A stretch of DNA of 26,779 nucleotides, taken from the NCBI GenBank assembly GCA_028293365.1, contig JAQGOX010000518.1, positions 1 through 26,779 of the forward strand, read 5' to 3'. The position numbers and the translations under genes are program-made. Positions 1-9,387 of this stretch are shown piece by piece; position 1 is the first letter of the stretch, and each line of letters begins with the position of its first letter. The notes beneath the pieces were generated by a model. That model did not search any database, had not been told where the DNA came from, and worked only from the letters and a program-made list of their open reading frames with translations. Source of the DNA: Verrucomicrobiales bacterium (GTDB lineage: Bacteria; Verrucomicrobiota; Verrucomicrobiia; Limisphaerales; SXQI01).

Positions 1-527
1 TTACCGAGAGCGCGCGTAACCAGTGGCATAACAATCCAGGTCAGGCTGGCTACCATGGCGGCGTTGAAGACAATGCTGCTGACGACAAACGGCCATGATT
101 GGATGGCCGGGCCGAGGGCAACGTTCAGAATCATCGCCACCGGGCAGACGCCCAGAAACGTGGAGACCGCCATTTTCCACTTTGGCAACGGTCGTATTGA
201 AGCTCCAGGAAGCGTGAACCAGCTTTCGAGGCCCGTTAGCTCTTCAGCGCGGGACTGGCCTTCTGTGAGCTCGGCTGCAACCTGGTTCCACTCCAGGTAT
301 TCGGGGGAAGCGCGAAACTCCTCCAGTGCTTCACGGCTGGCGAACTTGCGAACAATGCCGTATTCGCGCGAACCGCTGCCAAAAGCGGGACGCATGATAT
401 GAACGCCATCTTGGCCCGGCAATGCGAGGGAGCGCTGCACAAAGTCATGCAACGCCCGTTCGAAGTCCGTTTCACGTCCCGCTTTAACGGTCCGGGTGAT
501 CGAAACAGTGATTGGCGTCGCGCTCAT
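1..527 (-). CDS. Antibiotic biosynthesis monooxygenase (ABM)-domain protein with C-terminal membrane segments, 3' end outside window
   Basis: Not in the ORF track; translated by hand from ATG at 527: MSATPITVSITRTVKAGRETDFERAL...YGIVRKFASREALEEFRASPEYLEW...GLESWFTLPG..PLPKWKMAVSTFLGVCP...WIVMPLVTR. An ABM-like N-terminus is followed by hydrophobic helices. The frame is open to the window edge. Confidence 0.8.
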   Translation of the reverse strand, partial: MSATPITVSITRTVKAGRETDFERALHDFVQRSLALPGQDGVHIMRPAFGSGSREYGIVRKFASREALEEFRASPEYLEWNQVAAELTEGQSRAEELTGLESWFTLPGASIRPLPKWKMAVSTFLGVCPVAMILNVALGPAIQSWPFVVSSIVFNAAMVASLTWIVMPLVTRALG

Positions 528-573
528 AAAGAAACGGCTGCCGCCGTCCTGAACGGCAGCCGGGACCGTGGGT

Positions 574-1302
574 TCAGCGATATGAAGGGGCAGCCGGGGT
601 TATGCTTCGGGCGGGCGCGTGACCATCACCGGAGATTTTTTTGGGAACGATTTGCGGCTTCTGCGCCGATTGAGGAGCGTGATGGACCATGGTGTACGCG
701 TACTCGACGCCAACGCCGTAGGCGCCCGCTTGCGGCTTCAGCAAACTCATCAGGGCGTTGTAGTGCTCTCTCCTCGCCCAATCGCGCTGCCATTCGAGTA
801 GCGCCCCGATCGTTGTGAGTCGCACCGCGCCAGCTTGAACCATTCGAGATAGAGCCGCTTCCTGCGCGGCAGGCGAAGTCGCGCCACAACAATCCTCGAC
901 GACGTATATGTTGTAACCTTCGCCGAGCATCTCGATGGTCGGCCAGGTGACGCAGACCTCGGTCCACAGGCCGGTAACAAGAATGTTCTTGCGACCAGTG
1001 GCTTCGATGGCTGCGCGAAAGCCCGGGTCGTCCCAGGAATTCATTGAGGACCGTTCGATGACCGGTTGACCTGGAAAGACGTCGAGCAGTTGCGGCCACA
1101 CGTATCCGGAAAAGCTTTCCGTTTCGACGGCGGTGATGACGGCGGGGACGCCGAATTCCTTTGCTACCTTCGCGAGAAGGGTGACGTTATTGATGAGGTT
1201 GGCGCGATCAATATTAGCGACGCCAAAGGTCATTTGTGGCTGGTGGTCAATAAAGACAATCACGCTGTCCTGGGGCGTATACAATTTGTGATAGTTTGAC
1301 AT
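574..1302 (-). CDS. Isochorismatase/cysteine hydrolase family protein (YcaC-like)
   Basis: Motifs VFIDHQPQM, RSSMNSWDD, GLWTEVCV (catalytic Cys) and VVEDCCG. ATG at 1302 (MSNYHKL) is preferred over the track start at 1332. Confidence 0.88.
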   Translation of the reverse strand: MSNYHKLYTPQDSVIVFIDHQPQMTFGVANIDRANLINNVTLLAKVAKEFGVPAVITAVETESFSGYVWPQLLDVFPGQPVIERSSMNSWDDPGFRAAIEATGRKNILVTGLWTEVCVTWPTIEMLGEGYNIYVVEDCCGATSPAAQEAALSRMVQAGAVRLTTIGALLEWQRDWARREHYNALMSLLKPQAGAYGVGVEYAYTMVHHAPQSAQKPQIVPKKISGDGHAPARSITPAAPSYR

Positions 1303-1429
1303 ATTAGCTTCTTCAGTTTGATTTCCACGCATATTTGCGATGGTAAAATTTTAGCGCACTGAAAAGTTCGTTGCTATTGAACCTCCGGCGGGTATGGGGC
1401 TATCTCCAATGGGGGATGCCGGGAACAGA

Positions 1430-2515
1430 CTAAAAAGTTCCCGCTGCGATGATTGGCTTCGGAACGAAGGGAAGACAGATCTGCAGGAAGGACTGCGGTT
1501 TCTCAATTTCGAGACTGAGCCTGGCCATCAATGCTGAGACTCCTGCGTCGATGATTTGGTCGCACTTCGCGAGATCTTGTTGGCGGAACCGGACATTTTC
1601 GCGCACGAGAGATTCGAGAGTGTCGATATTGTAGAGGTAAACGCCCTCCAGAGAGTGGACGCCAGCATCAATGTTGCGGGGCACAGCAATGTCGATCAGG
1701 AATAACAGCCGGTTCTTGCGCCTGCGCATCAGGTTTTCGACGTCCACGCGATGCAACAATGTATTGGGGCAGCCTGCTGCCGCCACAACAATGTCCACGT
1801 CGGTCATTGTTTGCAGGCATTCTTCGAATCGCACCGCCTCGCCACCAAATTCCCTGGCCAATTCAACGGCCCGTTCGAAGGAGCGATTAGAGACGAGGAT
1901 TGACCGTGCACCATTTTTCGCCAAATGGCGAATACAGGTTTCACCCATTCGGCCAGCGCCAATGATCATGACCTTCTGCTGCGAAAGGTCATCATGGAAA
2001 ATCCTTTCCGCCAACTCGACTGCGACACTGCCAACGGAGGTGGCGCCACGGCCGATGCTGGTTTGAGTGCGGGTTTCCTTCACGGTTTGAAACGCCTTTT
2101 GAAAGACCCGGTTCAGCATTCGGCCGGTCAGGTGAGCCGCCCGAGCCGCTTCATACGCGGTCTTCACTTGCCCGGTAATCTCGGTCTCGCCTACCACCAT
2201 CGAATCAAGGCCGCTGGCGACGCGAAAGAGATGGCGCACCGCTTCAACGTTTTCAATGACGTAACCATGCAGGCGAAGGTCATGCTCACTGCACCCCACT
2301 GCCTTCGAGAGCGAATCCAACGAGCGCGCTTCGTACCGCGTCGCGCCGTATATTTCCACCCGGTTGCACGTGGAGAGCAAAACCACTTCGTCGAGTTCGC
2401 CCTCCACTTGCAAACGGCGAGTTTGCTCGAGGAGCCGTGGGGGTGTGACCGCAAATTGTTCACGCACCTCGACGGGCGCCGTTCGATAGTTCACACCGGC
2501 AACGAAAAGCTTCAT
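1430..2515 (-). CDS. hemA: Glutamyl-tRNA reductase (short form, 361 aa)
   Basis: N-terminal GVNYRTAPVEVRE, catalytic LSTCNRVEIY, SMVVGETEITGQVK, NADPH-binding IIGAGRMG and DIAVPRNID. Start overlaps the upstream stop (ATGA). Confidence 0.95.
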   Translation of the reverse strand: MKLFVAGVNYRTAPVEVREQFAVTPPRLLEQTRRLQVEGELDEVVLLSTCNRVEIYGATRYEARSLDSLSKAVGCSEHDLRLHGYVIENVEAVRHLFRVASGLDSMVVGETEITGQVKTAYEAARAAHLTGRMLNRVFQKAFQTVKETRTQTSIGRGATSVGSVAVELAERIFHDDLSQQKVMIIGAGRMGETCIRHLAKNGARSILVSNRSFERAVELAREFGGEAVRFEECLQTMTDVDIVVAAAGCPNTLLHRVDVENLMRRRKNRLLFLIDIAVPRNIDAGVHSLEGVYLYNIDTLESLVRENVRFRQQDLAKCDQIIDAGVSALMARLSLEIEKPQSFLQICLPFVPKPIIAAGTF

Positions 2516-3216
2516 CGGACCTTCCTGACGTCTAACTGCGCCCGCTCCCTGGGCACTTCGCTTTCCGAATGTCGAAAGTCGGAAATGACCTGTGTGAGAA
2601 CCTGCATCAGAGCCTGATTCCAGCCGTCCATCAACGCGGTCGGCGTGGCCGACTTCAGCGGAACAGAGCGCGCATACTCCCGTTCCAGCAGGACTTTTCC
2701 AGGGAGGGCATTCGGCGCGTCAAAGAACCGAAAGCGCATGGTCAAGACTGCGACAGGACGCTGCGGCTGACGGAAATCGCCGTAGAGCCGGGTTACACTG
2801 ATCTCGGCGAATGTATTTGGTTTGAGGGAGCTGCTGCGTTCGACCACTGCGACGAAACTTGCCTGGTCGCGCAGCCATTCGCGGATCGTAATGAGCAGGC
2901 CCTCGGCGGGAGTGTCCAGGAATGCAGCGTAAGGATCGCGCACGTAAGTATAATCCCCCGTGCGGTACACGAGCGGCCGTCCTTCAAAAGGGGCGGCGAT
3001 TTCCAGGTTTCTAATGCCGAGCACGCGTTCAATTGCTGCGTTTGACGAAGCCATTTGCTCCGGTGCGGTAAAGGCGAATGTTTGTCGATTCAAAGAGGGC
3101 CTGGAAAGACACCCGCTTAGAGTGCAAGCGGAAATGAGAATGGCTGTCGTGATGAAGATTGAGCCGGATGATGAATGTGAAGGATTCATTTTGATCGAGA
3201 ATTTCAGCAGGCTCAT
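2512..3216 (-). CDS. ABC-type transport auxiliary lipoprotein (PqiC/DUF330-like)
   Basis: Lipobox-like TLSGC after a hydrophobic stretch, LVYRTG...DPYA-type segment, and position directly after the mlaD-like gene with an ATGA overlap. Confidence 0.75.
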   Translation of the reverse strand: MSLLKFSIKMNPSHSSSGSIFITTAILISACTLSGCLSRPSLNRQTFAFTAPEQMASSNAAIERVLGIRNLEIAAPFEGRPLVYRTGDYTYVRDPYAAFLDTPAEGLLITIREWLRDQASFVAVVERSSSLKPNTFAEISVTRLYGDFRQPQRPVAVLTMRFRFFDAPNALPGKVLLEREYARSVPLKSATPTALMDGWNQALMQVLTQVISDFRHSESEVPRERAQLDVRKVR

Positions 3217-4184
3217 TTCCTTGCAGTTGGTTGAACTTCCTTCACATGAGAAGGCGGGTTTCCGAAAAGAAAGCCGGAGGGGTATTGTTTCAATTCGAGC
3301 AGCACGTCATCCAGGTCACCCAGGGTTCGGTGAGCGTTACCCAGTGTCTGGTTAAGCGCGTCAAAATTAATGTTCGTCAGACCGGGTTTAATCCCTTCGA
3401 CGGTCTCGCTGAGGTCGCCAAGAAGACCGCCCAGGTCCCGGGCCAGCTTCTCCAACTTCATCCGCTTCACCGTCTCGTCCGCATCTGCGATGAAGGAGTG
3501 GAGTTTGGTGTTGCTGCCCCTCAATTCCGTCAGCAGAGAATTGGCATTCGCGCTAAGAGCCCCGAAGTCTGCCTGTTTCGCCCGGTCGAAAACCTCCCCT
3601 GCCGACTTCAGGCCGCTTTGAAGCAATTGGTTCAAGGCACCGAAATCCAAGCGCTCAACGTTGCGCAGAGATCTCTCGATTGAGGCGAGCAATTCGCCGA
3701 GCAGGCTCGGCGCCGCAGGGATGTAGGTGTGCTTTGGTCTCCAGGGAATCCGCGCCGGAGGGTTTTCGGTTGGATTCAGATATTCTACTGATAGCAGGCT
3801 TGTTCCAGTGATGCCCTGGCTTTTGAGGCGCGCCCGCAGGCCTCGGCTGATCGCTGATTGGAGCATCTCACTACGAGCCGCCCCGGGCGGCAGGGGTGTT
3901 ACGTCGTTTCGCATCTCGAATTCGACAACGACGTAGCTTGGTTGGGTCTCCCGGTATTCGTTCCAGGAGAAGCTTATGTTTCGGACTTTCCCGACGCGCA
4001 CACCGCGGAGTTCAACGGGAGCGCCGACCGCAAGTCCGGTCACATCGCCAGCCACGTAGGTTTCAAACACACTTGTGCGCACAAAATAGCTGCGTGCACC
4101 AAAGGCAAGAATTCCGGCTACCAGCAGCGCCAGGCCGCCGAGAGTGAACAACCCGAGTTTGAGATTGTTGGTCAGCTTGTTCAT
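3213..4184 (-). CDS. MCE/MlaD family substrate-binding protein with helical C-terminal extension
   Basis: N-terminal TM (KLGLFTLGGLALLVAGIL), MCE motif VTGLAVGAPVELRGVRVGKV, LKSQGITG, and C-terminal LKQYPSGFLFG. Confidence 0.9.
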   Translation of the reverse strand: MNKLTNNLKLGLFTLGGLALLVAGILAFGARSYFVRTSVFETYVAGDVTGLAVGAPVELRGVRVGKVRNISFSWNEYRETQPSYVVVEFEMRNDVTPLPPGAARSEMLQSAISRGLRARLKSQGITGTSLLSVEYLNPTENPPARIPWRPKHTYIPAAPSLLGELLASIERSLRNVERLDFGALNQLLQSGLKSAGEVFDRAKQADFGALSANANSLLTELRGSNTKLHSFIADADETVKRMKLEKLARDLGGLLGDLSETVEGIKPGLTNINFDALNQTLGNAHRTLGDLDDVLLELKQYPSGFLFGNPPSHVKEVQPTARK

Positions 4185-4972
4185 TCAGCTTGAGGGTGGT
4201 GTTCGGACTCGGCCGATTCCGGTTCCCGGTTGAAGAACTGACGCACCCACGGATCACGGGAGCTTTCGCGAAGCTCGGCTGGCCTGCCTTCCGCGATGAT
4301 TGATCGAGTTCGGCCGTCGAGCATGATCACCCGGTCGGCAATGGCGTAGATGCTTGCCAGTTCGTGGGTGACGATCACGAAAGTAATGCCGAAATGATGC
4401 GCCAACTCTTTGATCAGCAGGTCCAAACCAGCTGAGGTTACAGGATCAAGTCCAGCCGAAGGTTCATCAAGGAACAAGATGCGCGGGTCGAGCGCCATGG
4501 CCCGCGCGATGGCTGCTCTCTTCTGCATCCCGCCGCTCAATTCTGAGGGCAGCTTCTGCGCCGCGGCATCCAGGCCGACCAGCTTCAATTTGGCAAGCGC
4601 CGCCAACTCCTTCACTTCATCAGGCAGACCTGTAAACTCATCAAGCGGCAGCCGGACGTTATCGAGAACGGTCATCGAACCAAACAGAGCGCCGCTTTGA
4701 TACATAACGCCGAACTTGCGCAGCACCAGCAGGCGTTCATCGTCTTTGGCAGCCACAAGATTGATTCCTTCAATCCACACCTCGCCTGCTACGGGCGCGT
4801 ACAGTCCGATCAGGTTCTTCAGCAACGTGCTTTTCCCAGAGCCCGAACCACCCAGAATTACGAACACTTCGCCGCGCCGGACCTGAAAATTAATGTCCTG
4901 CAGGATGACCTTCTCGCCGTAACCGGCTTTCAGATCGCGGACCTGGATGATGGATTCCGGGAGGTTGTTCAT
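4181..4972 (-). CDS. ABC transporter ATP-binding protein, MlaF/Mkl family
   Basis: Walker A GGSGSGKST, YQSGALFGSMTV, signature LSGGMQKR and Walker B ILFLDEP. The true start is ATG 4972, which overlaps the mlaE stop; the track's 5239 start runs inside the upstream gene. Confidence 0.93.
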   Translation of the reverse strand: MNNLPESIIQVRDLKAGYGEKVILQDINFQVRRGEVFVILGGSGSGKSTLLKNLIGLYAPVAGEVWIEGINLVAAKDDERLLVLRKFGVMYQSGALFGSMTVLDNVRLPLDEFTGLPDEVKELAALAKLKLVGLDAAAQKLPSELSGGMQKRAAIARAMALDPRILFLDEPSAGLDPVTSAGLDLLIKELAHHFGITFVIVTHELASIYAIADRVIMLDGRTRSIIAEGRPAELRESSRDPWVRQFFNREPESAESEHHPQAE

Positions 4973-6108
4973 CGTCTCAGGAAAAAGAAGAGGACTGAAA
5001 ACACGGCGTCCGCGATAATGATCAGCAAAATGCTCGTCACCACCGCGCGGGTGGTTGAGACGCCAACGGCGCTCGGCCCTTGGTGCGTTTGCAATCCACG
5101 CATACAACCCACTCCAGAAACGATCGCGCCAAACACCAATCCTTTGACGGTGCCTAATGCGATATCGCTCAGCTGTATGCTCGACGAGAGCTGGTGAAGA
5201 ATCAGAGAGAGCGGAAAGCCCAGGCCGAGGGTGATCCATACGCCCCCGAGAATACCCATAAATGTCGCGTAGAAAGTAAGCAGCGGAGTCAGCAGGATTC
5301 CGGCGGTGATACGTTGCAGAACCAGAAACCGCATCGGATCGAGCCCAAAGGTCTCTAACGCATTCAACTCCTCATTTACTTTCATCGTGCCTAGTTCCGC
5401 CGCAAACGCCGAAGCGGACCGACCAGCGAGCAGGATGGCCGCGAGCAACGGTCCCAGCTCGCGCACCATGACCAGCCCGATCAAGTTTGCCACATAGATT
5501 TGCGCGCCGAACTGTGCCAGCGGCTGGGCCGATTCAAACGCTATGATGAGTCCCACGAGTGTGCTCACCAGCGAGACGATGGGCACCGCGTTGGCCCCAG
5601 CCGATTCAAATACCCGGCGGACCTCCGCCCAGCGCATTCGTTTCCGGTCCAGGAATGTGAGTGGCAGTTTGCCCGTGACACTGCCAAGAAATTCGAGTTG
5701 TTCACGAAAGTCTGTGATTACCTGTCTAACCGTGTTTCCCACTTCTTCAGGCAGGGAGAGGCGCCGGTTACGCAACGGCTGGCGAAACGCTTCGTAGTCG
5801 GCGGGCGTAAATCCGCGAACGAGCTTATCCAACTCTGGCTCCAGTCCGATTACGGAAACTGCCGCCTGCGGCGCCATTCTTCGCAAGTTCAGATAACTGA
5901 GCAAAGCCAGCCCAGCGCTGTCGCAGAAGCGTAAACCGGCGGCCTCCACCTCGAGCTTATTGATCGTCGCAGCGCGCAAGCGTTGCAGATCCTTCCAGCA
6001 ACCCGCGACTGTTTCTGCATCCAGGCGACCACGCAGAATCACCCGGGCGATGCCCTCAGGTGTGATTTGCACCTCAGTTTCCAGTTCGCGTTGCGTGGCG
6101 GTTGTCAT
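4969..6108 (-). CDS. MlaE family ABC permease with N-terminal STAS domain
   Basis: STAS-like LRGRLDAETV...FCDSAGLALL, then MlaE motifs RELGPLLAAILLAGRSASAFAAELGTMKVNEELNAL and AVGVSTTRAVV. Confidence 0.92.
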   Translation of the reverse strand: MTTATQRELETEVQITPEGIARVILRGRLDAETVAGCWKDLQRLRAATINKLEVEAAGLRFCDSAGLALLSYLNLRRMAPQAAVSVIGLEPELDKLVRGFTPADYEAFRQPLRNRRLSLPEEVGNTVRQVITDFREQLEFLGSVTGKLPLTFLDRKRMRWAEVRRVFESAGANAVPIVSLVSTLVGLIIAFESAQPLAQFGAQIYVANLIGLVMVRELGPLLAAILLAGRSASAFAAELGTMKVNEELNALETFGLDPMRFLVLQRITAGILLTPLLTFYATFMGILGGVWITLGLGFPLSLILHQLSSSIQLSDIALGTVKGLVFGAIVSGVGCMRGLQTHQGPSAVGVSTTRAVVTSILLIIIADAVFSVLFFFLRR

Positions 6109-6116
6109 GCGATCAT

Positions 6117-6136
6117 TTATCCGAGTTATCCGAGTT
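6117..6136. repeat. Perfect 9-bp tandem duplication (TTATCCGAG)x2 spanning the FUSC stop codon
   Basis: Sequence reads ttatccgag ttatccgag tt. On the minus strand this gives CAA CTC GGA TAA CTC GGA TAA. Confidence 0.85.
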
Positions 6137-8246
6137 GTAACCGGGCCAGCTCGACCACGAGTGGTGTTGCTTCTTGATAGAGCGCCAGACGTCCACGGAT
6201 TTGAGCAGCAAGCGCGGTGTCGCGGACACCATCGATTTGCGTGGCGACGGTCTCTTCAAGGCCTGCGAGCGCGCCCTGCACGTCTGCTAAAGGACGTTCG
6301 GCCCTCCCTGCCAGCCGATCGGACAGGTTATCCAGCATATCGGCCAGGGTTGTTCGAAAGTGCATGGATGCCTCGCGCAAGGGCTCTGGAATTGCATCTG
6401 GCCGCAGGTCAGGACGGTGCTGGATGACTGCCAAAATCTGGAGGAGAAGTTCCTTGATCTTCTCGCTTCCCGCCTCTAGACGGTTGCGAACCTCTGCACC
6501 GGGCTCGAACTTCGAGCTTTCCTGGAGCTCGACGACAACAGCAAAATCCTTATAGGCTTGCAGGCGCAACGTATAGGCTTCGACCAGGCGCGGTGCGGGA
6601 TTAGCTTGATCGTCTGGGAGTCTGGCCAGGTGGGCGAGCAGGTGAAGGATGTCGGCCAATTTCGCGCGTATGGTTTCTAAGGCGCTGACCGGCCAAAGCT
6701 GGCTATTGATGATTCCAAAGACGATCAGACCCAGAGCGATTCCCACAAAACGGTCGCGCACCACTCTGAGCTCAGTGTATGTCCCGTAACTTTGGAGGGC
6801 ACATTTGAAGAAGGCGAGGCCGATTTGAAAGCCGCAGTAAGAAATGCTGGGACTCCCAAAATGGACGTAGGCTGCCAGCGCCGTGACTGCGGCGAACGGA
6901 AACCAAAATCCTCCGAGAGAATCGACATTGGGGAAAATATACATCAGTGCAAACACACCCAGCAGCCCGCCGACAACCGCGCCGGCAAGGCGCATAATCC
7001 CCTTTTGAACACTGGCGCCGATAGTCGAAAGGGAACAAACGACGCAAGTGATGACCGAAGTGTAAATCCCCTGATAGGCAAACATCGTGAAAATCAGGTA
7101 ACAAATGAAGGCGGCTAGCGCCCCTTTGACTGCAAAGTGGATATATTCGGGATTTGTGAAAGCGTCCGGCGCGATCGCGCCGCCCTTTTGGGCCGGAGGC
7201 AGCTCGAGCTCCTCCGGCAGTTTGTCGGCATGATATGCCTGTGGCAGCAATTGAACGACGCGTTCTATTTCGGCAAGCACCGGAAGGGCCTCGCGGTCGG
7301 GACCTCCGCTTCTGTCCTCCGGCGGTAGCGTGGAAAGATTGGGCGCGCGATTTTCCTGCATGGCTGAACGCCAAAGCGCACAGGCATCCGCCACACGCAG
7401 CAACCGCCTTTTTTCGGAGTCGCTCGCGCTGGCCGCCGGACGATTTTCCAAAGCCGCTCCCGCGGTGACGAGCCGATCTATCAAAATGATCTGCGCGGTG
7501 AATTGAAGCCGGCGTTGTTTGAGCAGCGGCTCGACTATACCGGCAAGTTTCAGAAGGCGCAGTTGTTCCGCCGCACCGGTAAAGGCAAACGAGCTGATTG
7601 AGGACTTAGACGTTTGCTTTGTTTCCTCCATCGCTCGGCGTCGGAGCATGCCTTCCACAGCGTGGAGCCGGGCGGCCATACCGTGCACAAGGACCCAATG
7701 TGAAGTCTTCGGATTCAAAAGATATTGAACTGCGAGATTTACACTCAAGCCCAGCACTCCCGCCCACCAAAAGTAGAATGGGTAGCGGTTGAGATATTCA
7801 GGCGAGGAAACTGTATCCGGGGTGATCATTCCCATCGCTAGCGGAAGGCTGATGGCTGTCCCCAATGGCCCCAGTGTGAGGATACGGTTTAGGAAAAGTC
7901 CCAATGTGATGAAAGCCGGCACCGCCAGAACTCGCAGCCATTCCAAATCGATCGCACATAAGTAAAATGCGAGTAAACCAGCGCAACCGATTGTGAAGCC
8001 GATGATGCCAATGACTGTCCCCAGCAAAGTTGCGGTCGTGTCCTCTTTCGAAATAACAAACATGAGGATCATCACGATGAGTGGCTGTTGCAAATGAAAC
8101 GCCATGACCGGAACTGTGCAGATCAGGCATGAAAGCGTGATGCGCAAAGCGGCCTCCCAACGTCCCGGAGTAGGGGCCATCTCGCGCCAAAAGAGTTCCC
8201 AAAACCGGGATGGACTCAACCATGGAATTGGGGGATTGGCGGTCAT
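6126..8246 (-). CDS. FUSC-family inner-membrane efflux component (MdtO-like)
   Basis: 706 aa with two hydrophobic blocks (EMAPTPGRWEAALRI...; YIHFAVKGALAAFICY...GASVQKGIMRLAG...RDRFVGIALG) separated by a soluble region. Follows an MdtN-like gene. Confidence 0.85.
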   Translation of the reverse strand: MTANPPIPWLSPSRFWELFWREMAPTPGRWEAALRITLSCLICTVPVMAFHLQQPLIVMILMFVISKEDTTATLLGTVIGIIGFTIGCAGLLAFYLCAIDLEWLRVLAVPAFITLGLFLNRILTLGPLGTAISLPLAMGMITPDTVSSPEYLNRYPFYFWWAGVLGLSVNLAVQYLLNPKTSHWVLVHGMAARLHAVEGMLRRRAMEETKQTSKSSISSFAFTGAAEQLRLLKLAGIVEPLLKQRRLQFTAQIILIDRLVTAGAALENRPAASASDSEKRRLLRVADACALWRSAMQENRAPNLSTLPPEDRSGGPDREALPVLAEIERVVQLLPQAYHADKLPEELELPPAQKGGAIAPDAFTNPEYIHFAVKGALAAFICYLIFTMFAYQGIYTSVITCVVCSLSTIGASVQKGIMRLAGAVVGGLLGVFALMYIFPNVDSLGGFWFPFAAVTALAAYVHFGSPSISYCGFQIGLAFFKCALQSYGTYTELRVVRDRFVGIALGLIVFGIINSQLWPVSALETIRAKLADILHLLAHLARLPDDQANPAPRLVEAYTLRLQAYKDFAVVVELQESSKFEPGAEVRNRLEAGSEKIKELLLQILAVIQHRPDLRPDAIPEPLREASMHFRTTLADMLDNLSDRLAGRAERPLADVQGALAGLEETVATQIDGVRDTALAAQIRGRLALYQEATPLVVELARLQLG

Positions 8247-8261
8247 CGGCAGTTCAAAATC

Positions 8262-9383
8262 TTAACGTTTTGTTGCAGCAAAGCCGGTGATGGTGACCAC
8301 TGCTGAAGCGCCGACGCGGAAACTGTCGTCGGGATTTTCCACCTGAATTCGTACCGGGAAACGTTGAGCCAGGCGAACCCAGTCCAAATTGCGCGGCACA
8401 CTCGGTAGCCCTATGGCGCTGGTGCCGTCTTCGGGAACCACCGCCCAAGCGAGACCGACGACTTTTCCATTGAACCTTTTTCCACCCTTAAATTGGAGAT
8501 AAACCTCCGCCGGCGCTCCTTCCTCAATATGCATCAATTGCGTTTCACGAAAGTTACCCACGACAAACCACGTGCGGGTGTCCACCAGAGTGAAAACGTC
8601 CACGCCGGCCCGCGCGAATTGACCCAACGAAATGTTAAAATTCACAATCTTCCCGCTGAATGGCGCACGGACACGGCAGTATTCCAGGTTCAATTCCGCT
8701 TCGCCCAATTGCGCCTCCGCCGCCGCGATGTGTCCGTTGATATCGCCTTCCTGACCGATGGCATCCTCGGCCCGCAGGCGCTCGGCTTTTGCCTGACCGA
8801 CCCCAGCGATTGCAGCGATGAGATTTTTTTTGGCTTCCTCGACGGCGTCAGCTGCGATGAGTTGCCTTGTCCGCGCCGCCTCAACCTGGTCCGTCGTTGT
8901 AAAATCCTTGGCCAGCAGAGGTTCCAACCGCTTGAGATGGTCGTCGGAGTTCTTGAAGTCGGCCTCGGCCCGGTGAACTGCCGCTTCCGCCGCCGCGCGT
9001 TGCGCATCGGCCCTGGCGATGGAGGCATCGGCCACTTTGAGCGCCTTCTCTGCACCATCTACCTGTTTGTGCGCCAACACCAACTGGGCTTTTGCAGTAG
9101 CCACCGCGTGCATATAAGGCCGTGGATCAATGACAAACAGCAACTCGCCCTCCTTCACAAACTGGTTATCCTTGACGTGCAACTCAACAATATGCCCGCT
9201 TGCGTGCGGAGCTATGCCGATGAAGTTGGCGCGAATGGTAGCGTCATCGGTCTGAGGCCGGTAATCGTAAGCCCAAAACGCAATGACTGCGACGACAACT
9301 GAAGCAAGTATAATCGCAAAGCTAATACCCCGGCCGATCCTTCTCCGATTGGCCTCTGTTGCAGGAATTGTTTGGTTCGGCAT
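8262..9383 (-). CDS. Membrane fusion / periplasmic adaptor protein (HlyD/EmrA, MdtN-like)
   Basis: N-terminal TM, TDDATIRANFIGIAP, lipoyl half-motifs VKDNQFVKEGELLFVIDPRPY and VRAPFSG, and WVRLAQRFPVRI. Confidence 0.92.
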   Translation of the reverse strand: MPNQTIPATEANRRRIGRGISFAIILASVVVAVIAFWAYDYRPQTDDATIRANFIGIAPHASGHIVELHVKDNQFVKEGELLFVIDPRPYMHAVATAKAQLVLAHKQVDGAEKALKVADASIARADAQRAAAEAAVHRAEADFKNSDDHLKRLEPLLAKDFTTTDQVEAARTRQLIAADAVEEAKKNLIAAIAGVGQAKAERLRAEDAIGQEGDINGHIAAAEAQLGEAELNLEYCRVRAPFSGKIVNFNISLGQFARAGVDVFTLVDTRTWFVVGNFRETQLMHIEEGAPAEVYLQFKGGKRFNGKVVGLAWAVVPEDGTSAIGLPSVPRNLDWVRLAQRFPVRIQVENPDDSFRVGASAVVTITGFAATKR

Positions 9384-9387
9384 AATG

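Noticed and set aside
4973-5239. 89-aa N-terminal extension of the ABC ATPase in the ORF track
   Set aside because: It overlaps mlaE in another frame. ATG 4972 gives the usual ATGA coupling and a normal MlaF length.
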